Shown here piece by piece: positions 8,091 to 17,624 of a DNA stretch of 52,032 nucleotides. The stretch lies in the NCBI GenBank assembly GCA_024281015.1, contig JAMXLL010000201.1, positions 1 to 52,032 of the forward strand, in the 5' to 3' direction. Positions within the stretch are counted from its first letter, which is position 1. Each line of letters starts with the position of its first letter. The position numbers and the translations under genes were made by a program. Origin of the DNA: Candidatus Binataceae bacterium (GTDB lineage: Bacteria; Desulfobacterota; Binatia; Binatales; Binataceae). Below the pieces are notes generated by a model, which was not told the origin of the DNA, did no database searches, and saw only the letters and a program-made list of their open reading frames with translations.

Positions 8091-10217
8091 ATGGAAACAG
8101 ACAGTAGTTCGAAGCAATCTCGGCGGCCGCCCAAGGAAGCGCTGGCGAAGCCCACCAAGGTTTTGGGCGTAGTCGAGAAGCGCACATTAGGTGAAATCCT
8201 CATCGGGCGCGCCCGCAACATCCGTGACCCCGAGGTTTTCCATAATATTTCGCTGATTGCGTTCCTTGCCTGGGTCGGCTTGGGCTCCGACGGTTTAAGC
8301 TCGTCCTGCTACGGTCCTGAGGAAGCCTACCTGGCATTGGGGCCGCATCAGTACCTGGCAGTGTTTCTGGCCCTGTTGACGGCCTTAACAGTGTTTATTA
8401 TTTCCGCGTCTTACTCACAAACCATCGATCAATTTCCGACTGGTGGTGGTGGCTACGTAGTTGCGTCAAAACTGCTCGGGCCCGGCCCGGGTCTGCTTTC
8501 TGGCAGCGCGCTGGTTACTGACTACGTGCTTACGATTTCGATCTCGATAGCCAGCGGCGCCGATGCCGTCTTCAGCTTTCTGCCCGCGCAATGGCTGGCA
8601 GCCAAGTTCTGGGTCTGCATCCTGGTGGTAGTTCTTTTGGTCGCGATGAACCTTCGGGGTGTAAAGGAGTCGGTGCTGACGCTGTTGCCAATTTTTCTCG
8701 CCTTCGTAGTCATGCACGTGTGGCTGATTACGTATGCGTTGGTCGACCGCGCACCGGAATTGCCCAAGGTCATACATGAAGCTGTTTCGCAAGTACATCG
8801 CGAACGCAACAGTTTAGGTTTCCTCGCGCTGGTAATCATTTTCCTGCGAGCTTATAGCCTTGGCGGCGGTACCTACACGGGTATCGAGGCGATCAGCAAT
8901 GGGTTGCCGATTCTGCGGGAACCGCGGACTGTCACCGGCAAACGCACCATGGTTTACATGGCAATATCGCTCGCGTTCGTCGCCGGAGGAATCCTGTTCG
9001 GCTACATGGTTTTCAGCGTGGAGCCGCAAACCGGCAAAACCCTCAATGCGGTGCTGTTCGACAAAATGTCGACCGGCTGGAAACTCTTCGGGCTCAATTT
9101 CAGCACGCCGGTGGTGACTTTCACGCTCATTACCGAGGGAGCGCTGTTGTTCGTCGCTGCTCAGACCGGCTTCGTCGACGGTCCGCGCGTGCTCGCATCA
9201 ATGGCCCACGACCGCTGGCTGCCGCGGCGCTTCTCCAACTTGAGCGGCCGGTTGGTCACGCAGGACGGTGTGCTGGCGATGGGTTTAGCGGCCGGCGCAA
9301 CCTTAGTCGGCACCAGGGCGAGTGTCGATATGCTGGTCGTGCTGTATGCCATCAACGTCTTCATCACTTTTACCCTCTCGCAGCTTGGGATGACGGTCCA
9401 TTGGTGGCAAGCGCGGGCCGAGGAGCCGCACTGGATTCGCAAGTTAGCGGTAAACGGCATCGGCTGTACCTTCACCGCCGTGATCCTGGTGGTGACAGTG
9501 ACCTTGAAATTCTATGAGGGGGGATGGGTGACGGTGCTGATGACGGGTGGACTGGTGCTGATATGCTATCTGGTCCGCCGCCATTATCTGCTGGTGGGCA
9601 AAGCTGTGCAGCAACTCGAGGCCGACATCCTGCCTGAGATTTACGCGGCCGCGGAAAAGCAGGCGCCCGAACGTGATCCCCAGGCGTCTACCGCAGTGGT
9701 CCTGGTTGGCGGCTTCAACGGACTTGGGCTCGCTACCTTGACCATGATCCCGCGCCTGTTCAGCGGGCAGTTCCGCAATCTGGTGTTCATCGGTGTCGGC
9801 GAGGTAGACTCCGCCCTGCTGAAGGGACCCGAAGAAGTCAAGGCTCTGGAACAGAGCGTTGCCGACGACCTGCTGGAATATTGCCGGCTGGCGGCCGACT
9901 TGGGCTTTCATTCCGAGTTGCGCTCCGCAATTGGACCTGACGTGGTACTTGAGTTGCGGCGCCTTGCACTCGAAGTGACCAGAGAGTTCCCGCACTGCGT
10001 GTTCTTTGCCGGAAAGTTGGTTTTCACGGACGAGGTCGACGGCTTCGTTAGCCGTTTTCTGCATAATCACACGGCAATGGATTTACAAAATTGGCTTCAG
10101 CTACACGGGTTCAGCCTGGTAATCCTGCCAGTGCGCGTTTCCACGTCGGGTCGGGCAGTTTCAGACCTGGAGCACGCAACCGCCACCGCCACGCACATGG
10201 CCGCAGTGCAAAAATAA
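8091..10217 (+). CDS. APC-superfamily transporter with C-terminal cytoplasmic domain, KimA (YdaO)-type K+ uptake homolog
   Basis: ATG at 8091 follows AGGG. Blocks collinear with my recollection of B. subtilis KimA are:
- FPTGGGGYVVASKLLGP
- LVTDYVLTISISIASGADA
- MNLRGVKES
- YTGIEAISNGLP
- AAQTGFVDGPRVLA
- LYAINVFITFTLSQLGM
A cytoplasmic tail of about 240 aa follows. Confidence 0.8.
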   Translation: METDSSSKQSRRPPKEALAKPTKVLGVVEKRTLGEILIGRARNIRDPEVFHNISLIAFLAWVGLGSDGLSSSCYGPEEAYLALGPHQYLAVFLALLTALTVFIISASYSQTIDQFPTGGGGYVVASKLLGPGPGLLSGSALVTDYVLTISISIASGADAVFSFLPAQWLAAKFWVCILVVVLLVAMNLRGVKESVLTLLPIFLAFVVMHVWLITYALVDRAPELPKVIHEAVSQVHRERNSLGFLALVIIFLRAYSLGGGTYTGIEAISNGLPILREPRTVTGKRTMVYMAISLAFVAGGILFGYMVFSVEPQTGKTLNAVLFDKMSTGWKLFGLNFSTPVVTFTLITEGALLFVAAQTGFVDGPRVLASMAHDRWLPRRFSNLSGRLVTQDGVLAMGLAAGATLVGTRASVDMLVVLYAINVFITFTLSQLGMTVHWWQARAEEPHWIRKLAVNGIGCTFTAVILVVTVTLKFYEGGWVTVLMTGGLVLICYLVRRHYLLVGKAVQQLEADILPEIYAAAEKQAPERDPQASTAVVLVGGFNGLGLATLTMIPRLFSGQFRNLVFIGVGEVDSALLKGPEEVKALEQSVADDLLEYCRLAADLGFHSELRSAIGPDVVLELRRLALEVTREFPHCVFFAGKLVFTDEVDGFVSRFLHNHTAMDLQNWLQLHGFSLVILPVRVSTSGRAVSDLEHATATATHMAAVQK

Positions 10218-10228
10218 CCAAGTAGTTG

Positions 10229-11560
10229 TCAGTCAATCTTGTAGCGCTTGCGCTTGCGCCACAGAGTAGAAGCGTTAATGCCGAGGCTTTGGGCGGCATC
10301 CTCCAGGGTCGGCGATTCAGCGAGGACGCGAACAATCAGGTCGCGCTCCATTTCTTCGATGTTCCGGGGACCAGACGGCGCCCCAATTTCCCCCAATTCG
10401 CGAAACAGGTTATCGGGCAAATGCTCCGGGAGGATCGTATCACCGCTGGCCAGCACGACGGCGCGCTCGATCGCATTGCGCAACTCGCGCACATTGCCAG
10501 GCCAGCGATAGCCGCTCAGCGTTGCTGCCGCCTCGGGCGAAAGCTGAAGACCGGGGCGATGATTGCGGAAGCCTTCGGCCTGAAGCATTCGCTGGGCCAG
10601 CGGCAGGATATCTTCGCGACGCTCGCGCAGCGGCGGCACCCGCAGGGTTATGACGTTGAGCCGGTAGAAGAGATCATCTCGAAAATGATGCGCAGCTACC
10701 TCGGCCGCCAGGTCACGATTAGATGCTGCGATAATACGGGTGTTGACTCGGATGGTTTGCATGCCACCGACGCGCTCGAAGCTCTGCTCCTGGACAAAAC
10801 GCAGGAATTTGGTCTGCAGTGCCGGGCTCAAGTCACCGATCTCATCGAGGAACACCGTGCCGCCATCGGCGGCTTCGAGGCGGCCGGGCTTGTCCTTTAT
10901 TGCCCCGGTAAACGCGCCGCGTACGTGGCCAAACAACTCGCTTTCCAGCAGGTGTTCAGACAACGTGGTACAGTTCACAATCACGAATGGTTTCTCGTTG
11001 CGGGCGCTCCACTGATGAATCTGCCGGGCCAACACATTTTTCCCGGTGCCGCTCTCCCCGCTGAGCAGCATCGTGGCCTCACTCCGCGCCGCCTGCCGCG
11101 CGGTATCGAGCAAGCGGCGCATCGCGGTGCTCTGTGAATCGAGCAGCGGACGTTCCTCGAGGGTATCGCGCAAAACCCGGTTTTCAGCCCGCAGCGATTG
11201 GATTTCCAGGGCTCGCTCGACCACATGCTGAATTTGTTCGAGTGAGAAGGGTTTGGCCAGATAATCATAGGCGCCGGCCTTCATCGCAGCCACCGCATTC
11301 TCAATCGTGCCGTAGGCGGTCATTAGAATGACCGGTGTTTCAGGCGAATGGCGTTTAATCCGTTCCAGCAGCTCGAGGCCGTTCAGTTGTGCCAGCTTAT
11401 AATCGGTCAGGACGACATCGATGCGCGCGCCTCGAGACAGCAGATCGAGCGCCTGCTCGCCGTTGTCGGCGGTCTTAACCGAATGCCCACAGCTCTCAAA
11501 GAAGCCGGCCAGACGAACACGAATATTGCGCTCGTCATCCACGACCAGGAGACTTGCCAT
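10229..11560 (-). CDS. Sigma-54-dependent response regulator (NtrC family)
   Basis: Receiver domain (LLVVDDE...DVVLTDYKL). AAA+ sigma-54 interaction domain (GESGTGKNVLA, GAFTGA, RELRNAIERA). C-terminal Fis-type HTH (INASTLWRKRKRY). Confidence 0.92.
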   Translation of the reverse strand: MASLLVVDDERNIRVRLAGFFESCGHSVKTADNGEQALDLLSRGARIDVVLTDYKLAQLNGLELLERIKRHSPETPVILMTAYGTIENAVAAMKAGAYDYLAKPFSLEQIQHVVERALEIQSLRAENRVLRDTLEERPLLDSQSTAMRRLLDTARQAARSEATMLLSGESGTGKNVLARQIHQWSARNEKPFVIVNCTTLSEHLLESELFGHVRGAFTGAIKDKPGRLEAADGGTVFLDEIGDLSPALQTKFLRFVQEQSFERVGGMQTIRVNTRIIAASNRDLAAEVAAHHFRDDLFYRLNVITLRVPPLRERREDILPLAQRMLQAEGFRNHRPGLQLSPEAAATLSGYRWPGNVRELRNAIERAVVLASGDTILPEHLPDNLFRELGEIGAPSGPRNIEEMERDLIVRVLAESPTLEDAAQSLGINASTLWRKRKRYKID

Positions 11561-13349
11561 TGAACCCGTCCTCCGGCGACGCCGGCAATTCCACTGTAAA
11601 GGTCGTACCCCGTCCTAATTCGCTATCTACAAAGATGCGGCCAGCGTGAGCGTCGACAATTTCCTTGGCAATTGCCAAACCCAGCCCGGCGGAACCCGGT
11701 TCCGAGCCGTTGACGCGCCATTGAGCAAAACGTTCAAACAGATGTTCGCGCACTTCAGGGGGAATACCCGGTCCATTATCAGTGACGCGCAGGCGCGCAC
11801 CGGCTCCAGTGGCACTTAAAGAAACCGAGATCGTGCCGCCGGAAGGAGTATAGCGCAGGGCATTTGCCATTAGATTCGACATCACCCACGAAAGTTTGAG
11901 CGGGTCGGCCCGAATCTGCGGTGCCTGCTGCCCGATGTTCGCTTCGAGATGGACCTGCTTTTCTTCCGCCTGCCGGGCGAAGCCCTTGATAACAGCTTGC
12001 GCCATCTGCGCCAGATCGACCGGCCTGCTCTGGACGGTGATGGCCGGTCCCTGCCCCCGCGCCAATTCCATCAAGTCGCCGGCCAATCGCCGCATTCGAG
12101 CTGCGTCTTCCTGAATCGAATCCAACAATTCGCGCTGCTCCGGATCGAGTTCGCGTTTGCGGAGTAAGAGTTCGACACAAAATCCCAGCGACGTGAGCGG
12201 CGTATTCAGTTCGTGCGACAAGGTAGCTACGAGGTTGGTCCGCGCGCGGTCCTTATCACGCAGGTAGGTAATGTCCTGCAGGATCAGAATCGTTCCGAAG
12301 GAGCCGCCATCGCTGTGCCTGAGCGGTACCGGCTTGAGCAAATAGTTATGATCCCGGCCGCGCAGATGCAGTTCAACTTCAACTCGTGGCGAATCCGCAG
12401 CTTCAGCAGAGGGATGGGCTAATGCCGAGCGTATTCGTACATAATGGGGGGAATTGCTGTTGAGATCATCAAAGGAACTGCCGAGCGCCTCTTCACGTTC
12501 GATCCCGATGATAATTCCAGCAATCTCGTTCATGTGCGTAACGATGCCGTCAGGATCGATGAGCACAATACCGTCCTCGAGGCTTTCGATGATGGCTTCC
12601 GTTTTGCCCTTTTCATAAATAAGCCGATCGACGTTAAGCCGTTCGAATTGCTCCAGCCGCTCAGACATGGTGTTGAACTCCGATGCCACCGTTTGCAGCT
12701 CGGCCAAGGGCTGCTCTCCGATCCTGACCGATGGCCCGCGCAGGCTGAAGCTGCGGAGATGATCGGAGAACTCGGCTAACGGCCGCGACAAGTTGGAGGC
12801 CAACGTCCAGGCCAGAATTGTGCCTAACAGTAATAGCAAAAGCAGACCGGCGGCGAATTCGTAGGCGAGCCGGTCACTCATCCGGGAAGCACGGCCATCA
12901 GCCCGGAACATCGCCGCTTTGTTAATAGCGATCAGTTGGTCGATAGTCCGATGGAGCTGCTCGAACTGCTCGTTGCCTGGCGCAGCCCCGCCAGCAGCGA
13001 GTTCATCGAAGATTTGCGCTCCGCGGCGTTGAATATCGGTGGCCAGCTCACCCTCGCCGATTTCAGTAAGGTCGTTCAACTCAACATTAATCCAATGGGT
13101 GAATAAGGCACGATCCGCGGGCAGCGCCCCAGCCAAGCTGCCTGTGGCACGCGCGAGCTGGACATTGTAGAGAGCGGCGTGCATGTGCTGAGAGGCTTCA
13201 ATACTGGTGTAGTTGCGGTACAGCGTTTCGCGGATCGCACTGCCGAGCCGGTGCACGGTTGGAATCGCCCAGATGCCCAGTGCCAACGCCATTGCCAGCA
13301 TCAACAAGGAGCCATTGCGAATGCGCGAACGTAGTGACGGTGGTGTCAT
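11535..13349 (-). CDS. Sensor histidine kinase (2 TM, helical extracytoplasmic domain, HAMP, PAS, HisKA, HATPase)
   Basis: H-box LSHELNTPLTSL. N/G boxes (MSNLMANALRYTP, DNGPGIP, GLGLAIAKEIV). PAS-like ESLEDGIVLIDPDGIVTHMN. Overlaps the regulator gene by 26 nt. Start is ATG at 13349 or TTG at 13352, following AAGGGA. Confidence 0.9.
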   Translation of the reverse strand: MTPPSLRSRIRNGSLLMLAMALALGIWAIPTVHRLGSAIRETLYRNYTSIEASQHMHAALYNVQLARATGSLAGALPADRALFTHWINVELNDLTEIGEGELATDIQRRGAQIFDELAAGGAAPGNEQFEQLHRTIDQLIAINKAAMFRADGRASRMSDRLAYEFAAGLLLLLLLGTILAWTLASNLSRPLAEFSDHLRSFSLRGPSVRIGEQPLAELQTVASEFNTMSERLEQFERLNVDRLIYEKGKTEAIIESLEDGIVLIDPDGIVTHMNEIAGIIIGIEREEALGSSFDDLNSNSPHYVRIRSALAHPSAEAADSPRVEVELHLRGRDHNYLLKPVPLRHSDGGSFGTILILQDITYLRDKDRARTNLVATLSHELNTPLTSLGFCVELLLRKRELDPEQRELLDSIQEDAARMRRLAGDLMELARGQGPAITVQSRPVDLAQMAQAVIKGFARQAEEKQVHLEANIGQQAPQIRADPLKLSWVMSNLMANALRYTPSGGTISVSLSATGAGARLRVTDNGPGIPPEVREHLFERFAQWRVNGSEPGSAGLGLAIAKEIVDAHAGRIFVDSELGRGTTFTVELPASPEDGFNGKSPGRG

Positions 13350-13415
13350 CAATCGTCCCTTGTACTAAGTACTCACTTGTACGCCCCGCGCCGAACTCCA
13401 AAACGTTCAATGCAG

Positions 13416-14588
13416 TTAGCCCGGTGGCTTTTCGCTCTCGCGCGTTTCTCCCTGGCTAACCAGTTCAATATCGAAATCGGCCGCGGCTGAAATCAGTTGA
13501 CGTGTGACCGAACGGTGCAGAAGCCGGTTCCACACGCTCGGATGGGTACGGCCGATTACCAGCCGCGTGACCCGATGTTCCCGGGCGAATTCGACCAGCG
13601 CTTTGACCACGTCGTTTGCTTTAAGCCATACAGTCTCTGCGCCTAAATCCGCCGCCAGGTTGATATTATCGAGCAGGGCGCGAAAATCCGCGGTGCTGAT
13701 CTTCTGCACCGATTCCTCCGGTGTCTCGACGTGCACTGCGTACCAATCGGCGTTGAAGCGGTCGGCGCTCCGCGCCGCTTTGCGCAGCAATTCGTCGCTA
13801 CCGTCAGGATTGGATGATAAACAGACCATCAACCGCTCCCCCGCAATTGTACGGCGCCCATGCTCGCGCTTGCGCAGTTCCATCTCCGCGCGGCTGCGGC
13901 TTTGGCTACGCGCAACTTCGCGCAGTGCCAGTTCGCGCAGCGCTCCGAGGTTGCCGGGATTGAAGAAATTTCTCAGGGCCTGCTCGACCTGCTCGGCAGG
14001 ATAGATTTTCCCTTCGCGCAGACGCTGGCGAAGTTCTTCGACCGAGAGGTCGACTGTCACGATCTGATCCGCCCGCGCGAGAAACGTATCAGGCACAGTT
14101 TCCCGAACTTCCACGCTGGTCATGCGGCGGACTAGCTGGTTGAGGCTTTCCAGGTGCTGGATGTTAAAAGCGGTGATCACACTGATACCGTTGACGACCA
14201 GTTCTTCAACGTCCTGGTAGCGCTTGCTATGACGTGAACCGGGCGCGTTGGTGTGTGCCAGCTCGTCGACGATGGCAAACTCCGGTTGGCGCGCTATGAT
14301 CGCGGCGATATCCATTTCCCGCAGAACCACCCCGCGATATGCCACTTCGCGCAGCGGTACTAACTCCAGGTCCCCGATTCGCGCCGCGGTTTCGGCGCGA
14401 TTATGGGTTTCGATAAAACCCAGCACCACGTCGTGACCCTCGCCGCGTAAACGATGTGCTTCCTCGAGCATACGATAGGTCTTGCCCACCCCGGCCGCGC
14501 CGCCGAGGTAGACCTTAAGAGTGCCCTTCTTGGTATGAGGCACGAGATCGAGGAAGGCTTCAGGATCGCGGCGATCCTCGTGATTCAT
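13416..14588 (-). CDS. Stand-alone KdpD N-terminal sensor domain plus Usp domain (no TM or kinase part)
   Basis: Collinear with the first ~380 aa of E. coli KdpD (LKVYLGGAAGVGKTYRML, ELAHTNAPGSRHSKRYQDVEEL, NIQHLESLN, VRETVPD, LRQRLREGKIY, GNLGALRELALR). A Usp-like segment follows. The ORF stops after 390 aa. Confidence 0.9.
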   Translation of the reverse strand: MNHEDRRDPEAFLDLVPHTKKGTLKVYLGGAAGVGKTYRMLEEAHRLRGEGHDVVLGFIETHNRAETAARIGDLELVPLREVAYRGVVLREMDIAAIIARQPEFAIVDELAHTNAPGSRHSKRYQDVEELVVNGISVITAFNIQHLESLNQLVRRMTSVEVRETVPDTFLARADQIVTVDLSVEELRQRLREGKIYPAEQVEQALRNFFNPGNLGALRELALREVARSQSRSRAEMELRKREHGRRTIAGERLMVCLSSNPDGSDELLRKAARSADRFNADWYAVHVETPEESVQKISTADFRALLDNINLAADLGAETVWLKANDVVKALVEFAREHRVTRLVIGRTHPSVWNRLLHRSVTRQLISAAADFDIELVSQGETRESEKPPG

Positions 14589-14631
14589 AGCGGACCTTCC
14601 GGCGATGCAGCTATCACAGTCCGACTATAAC

Positions 14632-14946
14632 CTAAACCAGGATCGTCAACCCGCCCAGGAGAATGAGGGTACCCCCGATGAGTGTCCGCCGGGATGGCAG
14701 GTCGTGGAAGATGAGCACGGCGATTATCTGCGAAACTATGAAGAATGCTACGATGTAGCATCCCATCAATCTTCCGAAATCAAACTGCATGCCGCTCTGG
14801 TTGACCAGCAGTCCATAAAGACCCAGTGCGGCGATACCCGCCACCAACAAGGGCCACCACGAGCGGATCAATCCTTGCCTTAGCAGGGCATTGCCCCCCG
14901 CTTCCAGGGTTGCTGCAGCAATCAGGGCGAAGGCCAGCCGAATCAC
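14632..14946 (-). CDS. YnfA/UPF0060-like small 4-TM membrane protein (SMR-like)
   Basis: 104 aa with four hydrophobic helices. Has a TM1 acidic residue (ATLEAGGNALL), a GR..Y motif and a terminal LILLGG. GTG start lies 14 nt after the kdpC stop. Confidence 0.55.
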   Translation of the reverse strand: MIRLAFALIAAATLEAGGNALLRQGLIRSWWPLLVAGIAALGLYGLLVNQSGMQFDFGRLMGCYIVAFFIVSQIIAVLIFHDLPSRRTLIGGTLILLGGLTILV

Positions 14947-14960
14947 TTACGCTCTCTCAG

Positions 14961-15557
14961 CTACTCGGCGGCATTGGCAGTCTGCTTTGCGGTCATCCTG
15001 TCCAGCGCCAGATTAAGTTCCAGCACGTTGACTCCCGGCTCACCCAGCAACCCAAACTGACGGCCTCGCGTATGGGTCGAAATGAGCGCACGCACCGCAT
15101 CTTGACTAAGGCGCCGGGTCTGGGCCACGCGAGGTATTTGCACTTCGGCGGCAGCCGGAGTGATTTCAGGGTCGAGCCCGCTGCCGGAGGCCGTCACCAT
15201 ATCGACCGGAAGTTCATTGTGGTTGATTCCTAGTTCATGTTCACGCAAGGTGCTGGCCCGCGACCGCACCGTTTCGATCAGCTGCTTATTAGTTGGGCCG
15301 AGATTGGAACCGCTCGAACTGGCAGCATCGTAGCCCTTGTCCCCGGCCGCCGAAGGGCGCGGATGGAAATAGCGAGCCGCCGCGAAATTTTGTCCGATCA
15401 ATCGCGATCCGACCACCTGCCCGTCGCGCATAACCAAGCTTCCGTCAGCCTGATGCGGAAAGAGCACATGGGCAAGACCCACGATCGCGATCGGATATCC
15501 AATGCCAGTCAACAAAGTGAATACGATCGTCATTTTTACAGCCACCCAGATCCGCAT
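14961..15557 (-). CDS. kdpC: K+-transporting ATPase subunit C
   Basis: Typical KdpC blocks (GSNLGPTNKQLIETV, PVDMVTASGSGLDPEITPAAA). N-terminal TM helix. Confidence 0.95.
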   Translation of the reverse strand: MRIWVAVKMTIVFTLLTGIGYPIAIVGLAHVLFPHQADGSLVMRDGQVVGSRLIGQNFAAARYFHPRPSAAGDKGYDAASSSGSNLGPTNKQLIETVRSRASTLREHELGINHNELPVDMVTASGSGLDPEITPAAAEVQIPRVAQTRRLSQDAVRALISTHTRGRQFGLLGEPGVNVLELNLALDRMTAKQTANAAE

Positions 15558-15569
15558 CGCTTGCCCCTC

Positions 15570-17609
15570 CTAGGCGAGATGTAGAGCAGCCACGACCAGG
15601 TCGATTGCCTTGATGCCGATGAACGGAACCACGACCCCTCCCAGGCCGTAAATGAGGAGGTTGCGCGTGAGAATCGCGGCCGCGCCCACCGGGCGGTATT
15701 GGACTCCGCGTAATGCCAGCGGAATCAGCGCAATGATGATCAACGCGTTGAAAATAACCGCCGAGAGGATGGCGCTGCTTGGTGTTGCCAGGTGCATGAT
15801 GTTGAGCTTTTGCAATTGGGGATAGCCGAGCACGAACATTGCCGGAATGATCGCGAAGTACTTTGCCACGTCGTTGGCGATTGAAAAGGTGGTCAGTGCA
15901 CCGCGCGTGATCAAAAGCTGCTTGCCGATTTCGACCACCTCCATGATCTTGGTCGGATTAGAGTCGAGGTCGACCATATTGCCCGCTTCACGTGCCGCCT
16001 GAGTGCCGGCATTCATCGCGATGCCGACATCCGCCTGGGCCAGCGCCGGAGCATCGTTGGTTCCGTCGCCGATCATGGCGACCAGTTTGCCCTGGGCTTG
16101 TTCCTCGCGAATCAACCGGAGCTTGGTTTCCGGGGTTGCCTCGGCACGGAAATCGTCAACACCGGATTCACCGGCGATAGCCGCAGCAGTTAACGGATTG
16201 TCACCAGTGATCATCACTGTGCGCATTCCCATCGCGCGCAGCCGGGCAAAACGTTCGCGTATGCCTTCTTTTATAATGTCTTTCAGGTGAATCACGCCAA
16301 GCACGCGGGGCCCATCAGCCACGACCAGCGGTGTTCCGCCGCTTCTCGCGATACGTTCAACGATTGGCGTCAGTTCAGCAGGAGCATTGCCCTGGTTGTC
16401 GCGCACGAAGTTGACGATTTGTTCGCCTGCCCCTTTGCGTATCTGCCGGCCCGCCATGTCGACGCCGCTCATCCGCGTTTGGGCAGAAAAAGGGATGAAA
16501 TGCGCCTCGGTATCGGCCAACTCGCGTCCACGCAAATTATATTGCTTCTTGGCCAGGACCACGATGGAGCGGCCCTCGGGAGTCTCGTCGGCCAGTGATG
16601 CCAGTTGAGCAGCGTCGGCAAGCTCCTCGATAGCCACGCCACCGACTGGAATGAATTCGGTTGCCAAACGATCACCCAGCGTGATCGTTCCCGTCTTGTC
16701 CAGTAGCAGGGTATCGACATCCCCGGCCGCTTCGACTGCGCGTCCGGACATCGCCAGTACGTTGTGCTGCACCAGGCGGTCCATCCCTGCGATACCGATT
16801 GCAGACAGCAGACCACCGATAGTGGTTGGTATGAGGCACACCAGCAGCGCGACGAGCACTGGTAAAGAGAGCGCGGTCCCGCCATAAAGCGCCAGCGGGT
16901 ACAGGCTAACGCAGACCAACATAAAGATGATAGTGAGGCCGGCCAGCAGGATACTCAGTGCGATTTCGTTGGGCGTCTTCTGTCGCTGAGCACCTTCCAC
17001 GAGTGAGATCATTCGGTCGAGAAAGGTTTCACCCGGATTGGCGGTGATACGGACTTTGATCCAGTCGGAAATCACCATGGTCCCGCCGGTAACTGCACTG
17101 CGATCACCGCCGCTCTCGCGAATCACCGGGGCCGATTCACCGGTGATCGCTGCTTCGTTGACTGCGGCGACGCCTTCTATCACTTCGCCGTCGCCCGGAA
17201 TCACTTCGCCGGCACGGACCACAACCACATCGCCCCGCCGCAGCGATGGGGCCGGAACTCTGATTTCCCGTCCTTCTCTAAGCAATGTCGCCTGAGTTTC
17301 TGTTCGCGTTCTGCGCAGGTTATCCGCCTGGGCCTTGCCACGCCCTTCGGCCATCGCCTCGGCAAAGTTGGCGAAGCCGACAGTAAACCAGAGCCAGATC
17401 GCGATCTGCAGTTCAAACGGAACCAGACTACTGCGGCCTGCGAAGAGATCCCGCAGGAGAATGAGGCTGACCGCGGCGGCGGTTACTTCGACAACGAACA
17501 TCACCGGATTGCGCGCCTGGTTGCGCGGGTTGAATTTGTTGAGCGATTCTGCCAACGCGCCCCGGACGATCTTTCCTTCCCACAGCGGAGTTACCTTACG
17601 ATCAGCCAT
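15570..17609 (-). CDS. kdpB: K+-transporting P-type ATPase subunit B
   Basis: DKTGTITLG phosphorylation motif, [19 protein letters not shown]. 679 aa. Confidence 0.97.
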   Translation of the reverse strand: MADRKVTPLWEGKIVRGALAESLNKFNPRNQARNPVMFVVEVTAAAVSLILLRDLFAGRSSLVPFELQIAIWLWFTVGFANFAEAMAEGRGKAQADNLRRTRTETQATLLREGREIRVPAPSLRRGDVVVVRAGEVIPGDGEVIEGVAAVNEAAITGESAPVIRESGGDRSAVTGGTMVISDWIKVRITANPGETFLDRMISLVEGAQRQKTPNEIALSILLAGLTIIFMLVCVSLYPLALYGGTALSLPVLVALLVCLIPTTIGGLLSAIGIAGMDRLVQHNVLAMSGRAVEAAGDVDTLLLDKTGTITLGDRLATEFIPVGGVAIEELADAAQLASLADETPEGRSIVVLAKKQYNLRGRELADTEAHFIPFSAQTRMSGVDMAGRQIRKGAGEQIVNFVRDNQGNAPAELTPIVERIARSGGTPLVVADGPRVLGVIHLKDIIKEGIRERFARLRAMGMRTVMITGDNPLTAAAIAGESGVDDFRAEATPETKLRLIREEQAQGKLVAMIGDGTNDAPALAQADVGIAMNAGTQAAREAGNMVDLDSNPTKIMEVVEIGKQLLITRGALTTFSIANDVAKYFAIIPAMFVLGYPQLQKLNIMHLATPSSAILSAVIFNALIIIALIPLALRGVQYRPVGAAAILTRNLLIYGLGGVVVPFIGIKAIDLVVAALHLA

Positions 17610-17624
17610 TTAGGTGGATCCTTT

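Noticed and set aside
9444-10070. 208-aa minus-strand ORF
   Set aside because: Antisense to the KimA-like transporter gene. No SD and no recognisable motifs.
10226-11137. 303-aa plus-strand ORF
   Set aside because: It lies fully antisense to the sigma-54 regulator gene, whose motifs are unambiguous. Its composition is Ala/Arg/Gly-rich, typical of mirror-frame ORFs in GC-rich DNA.
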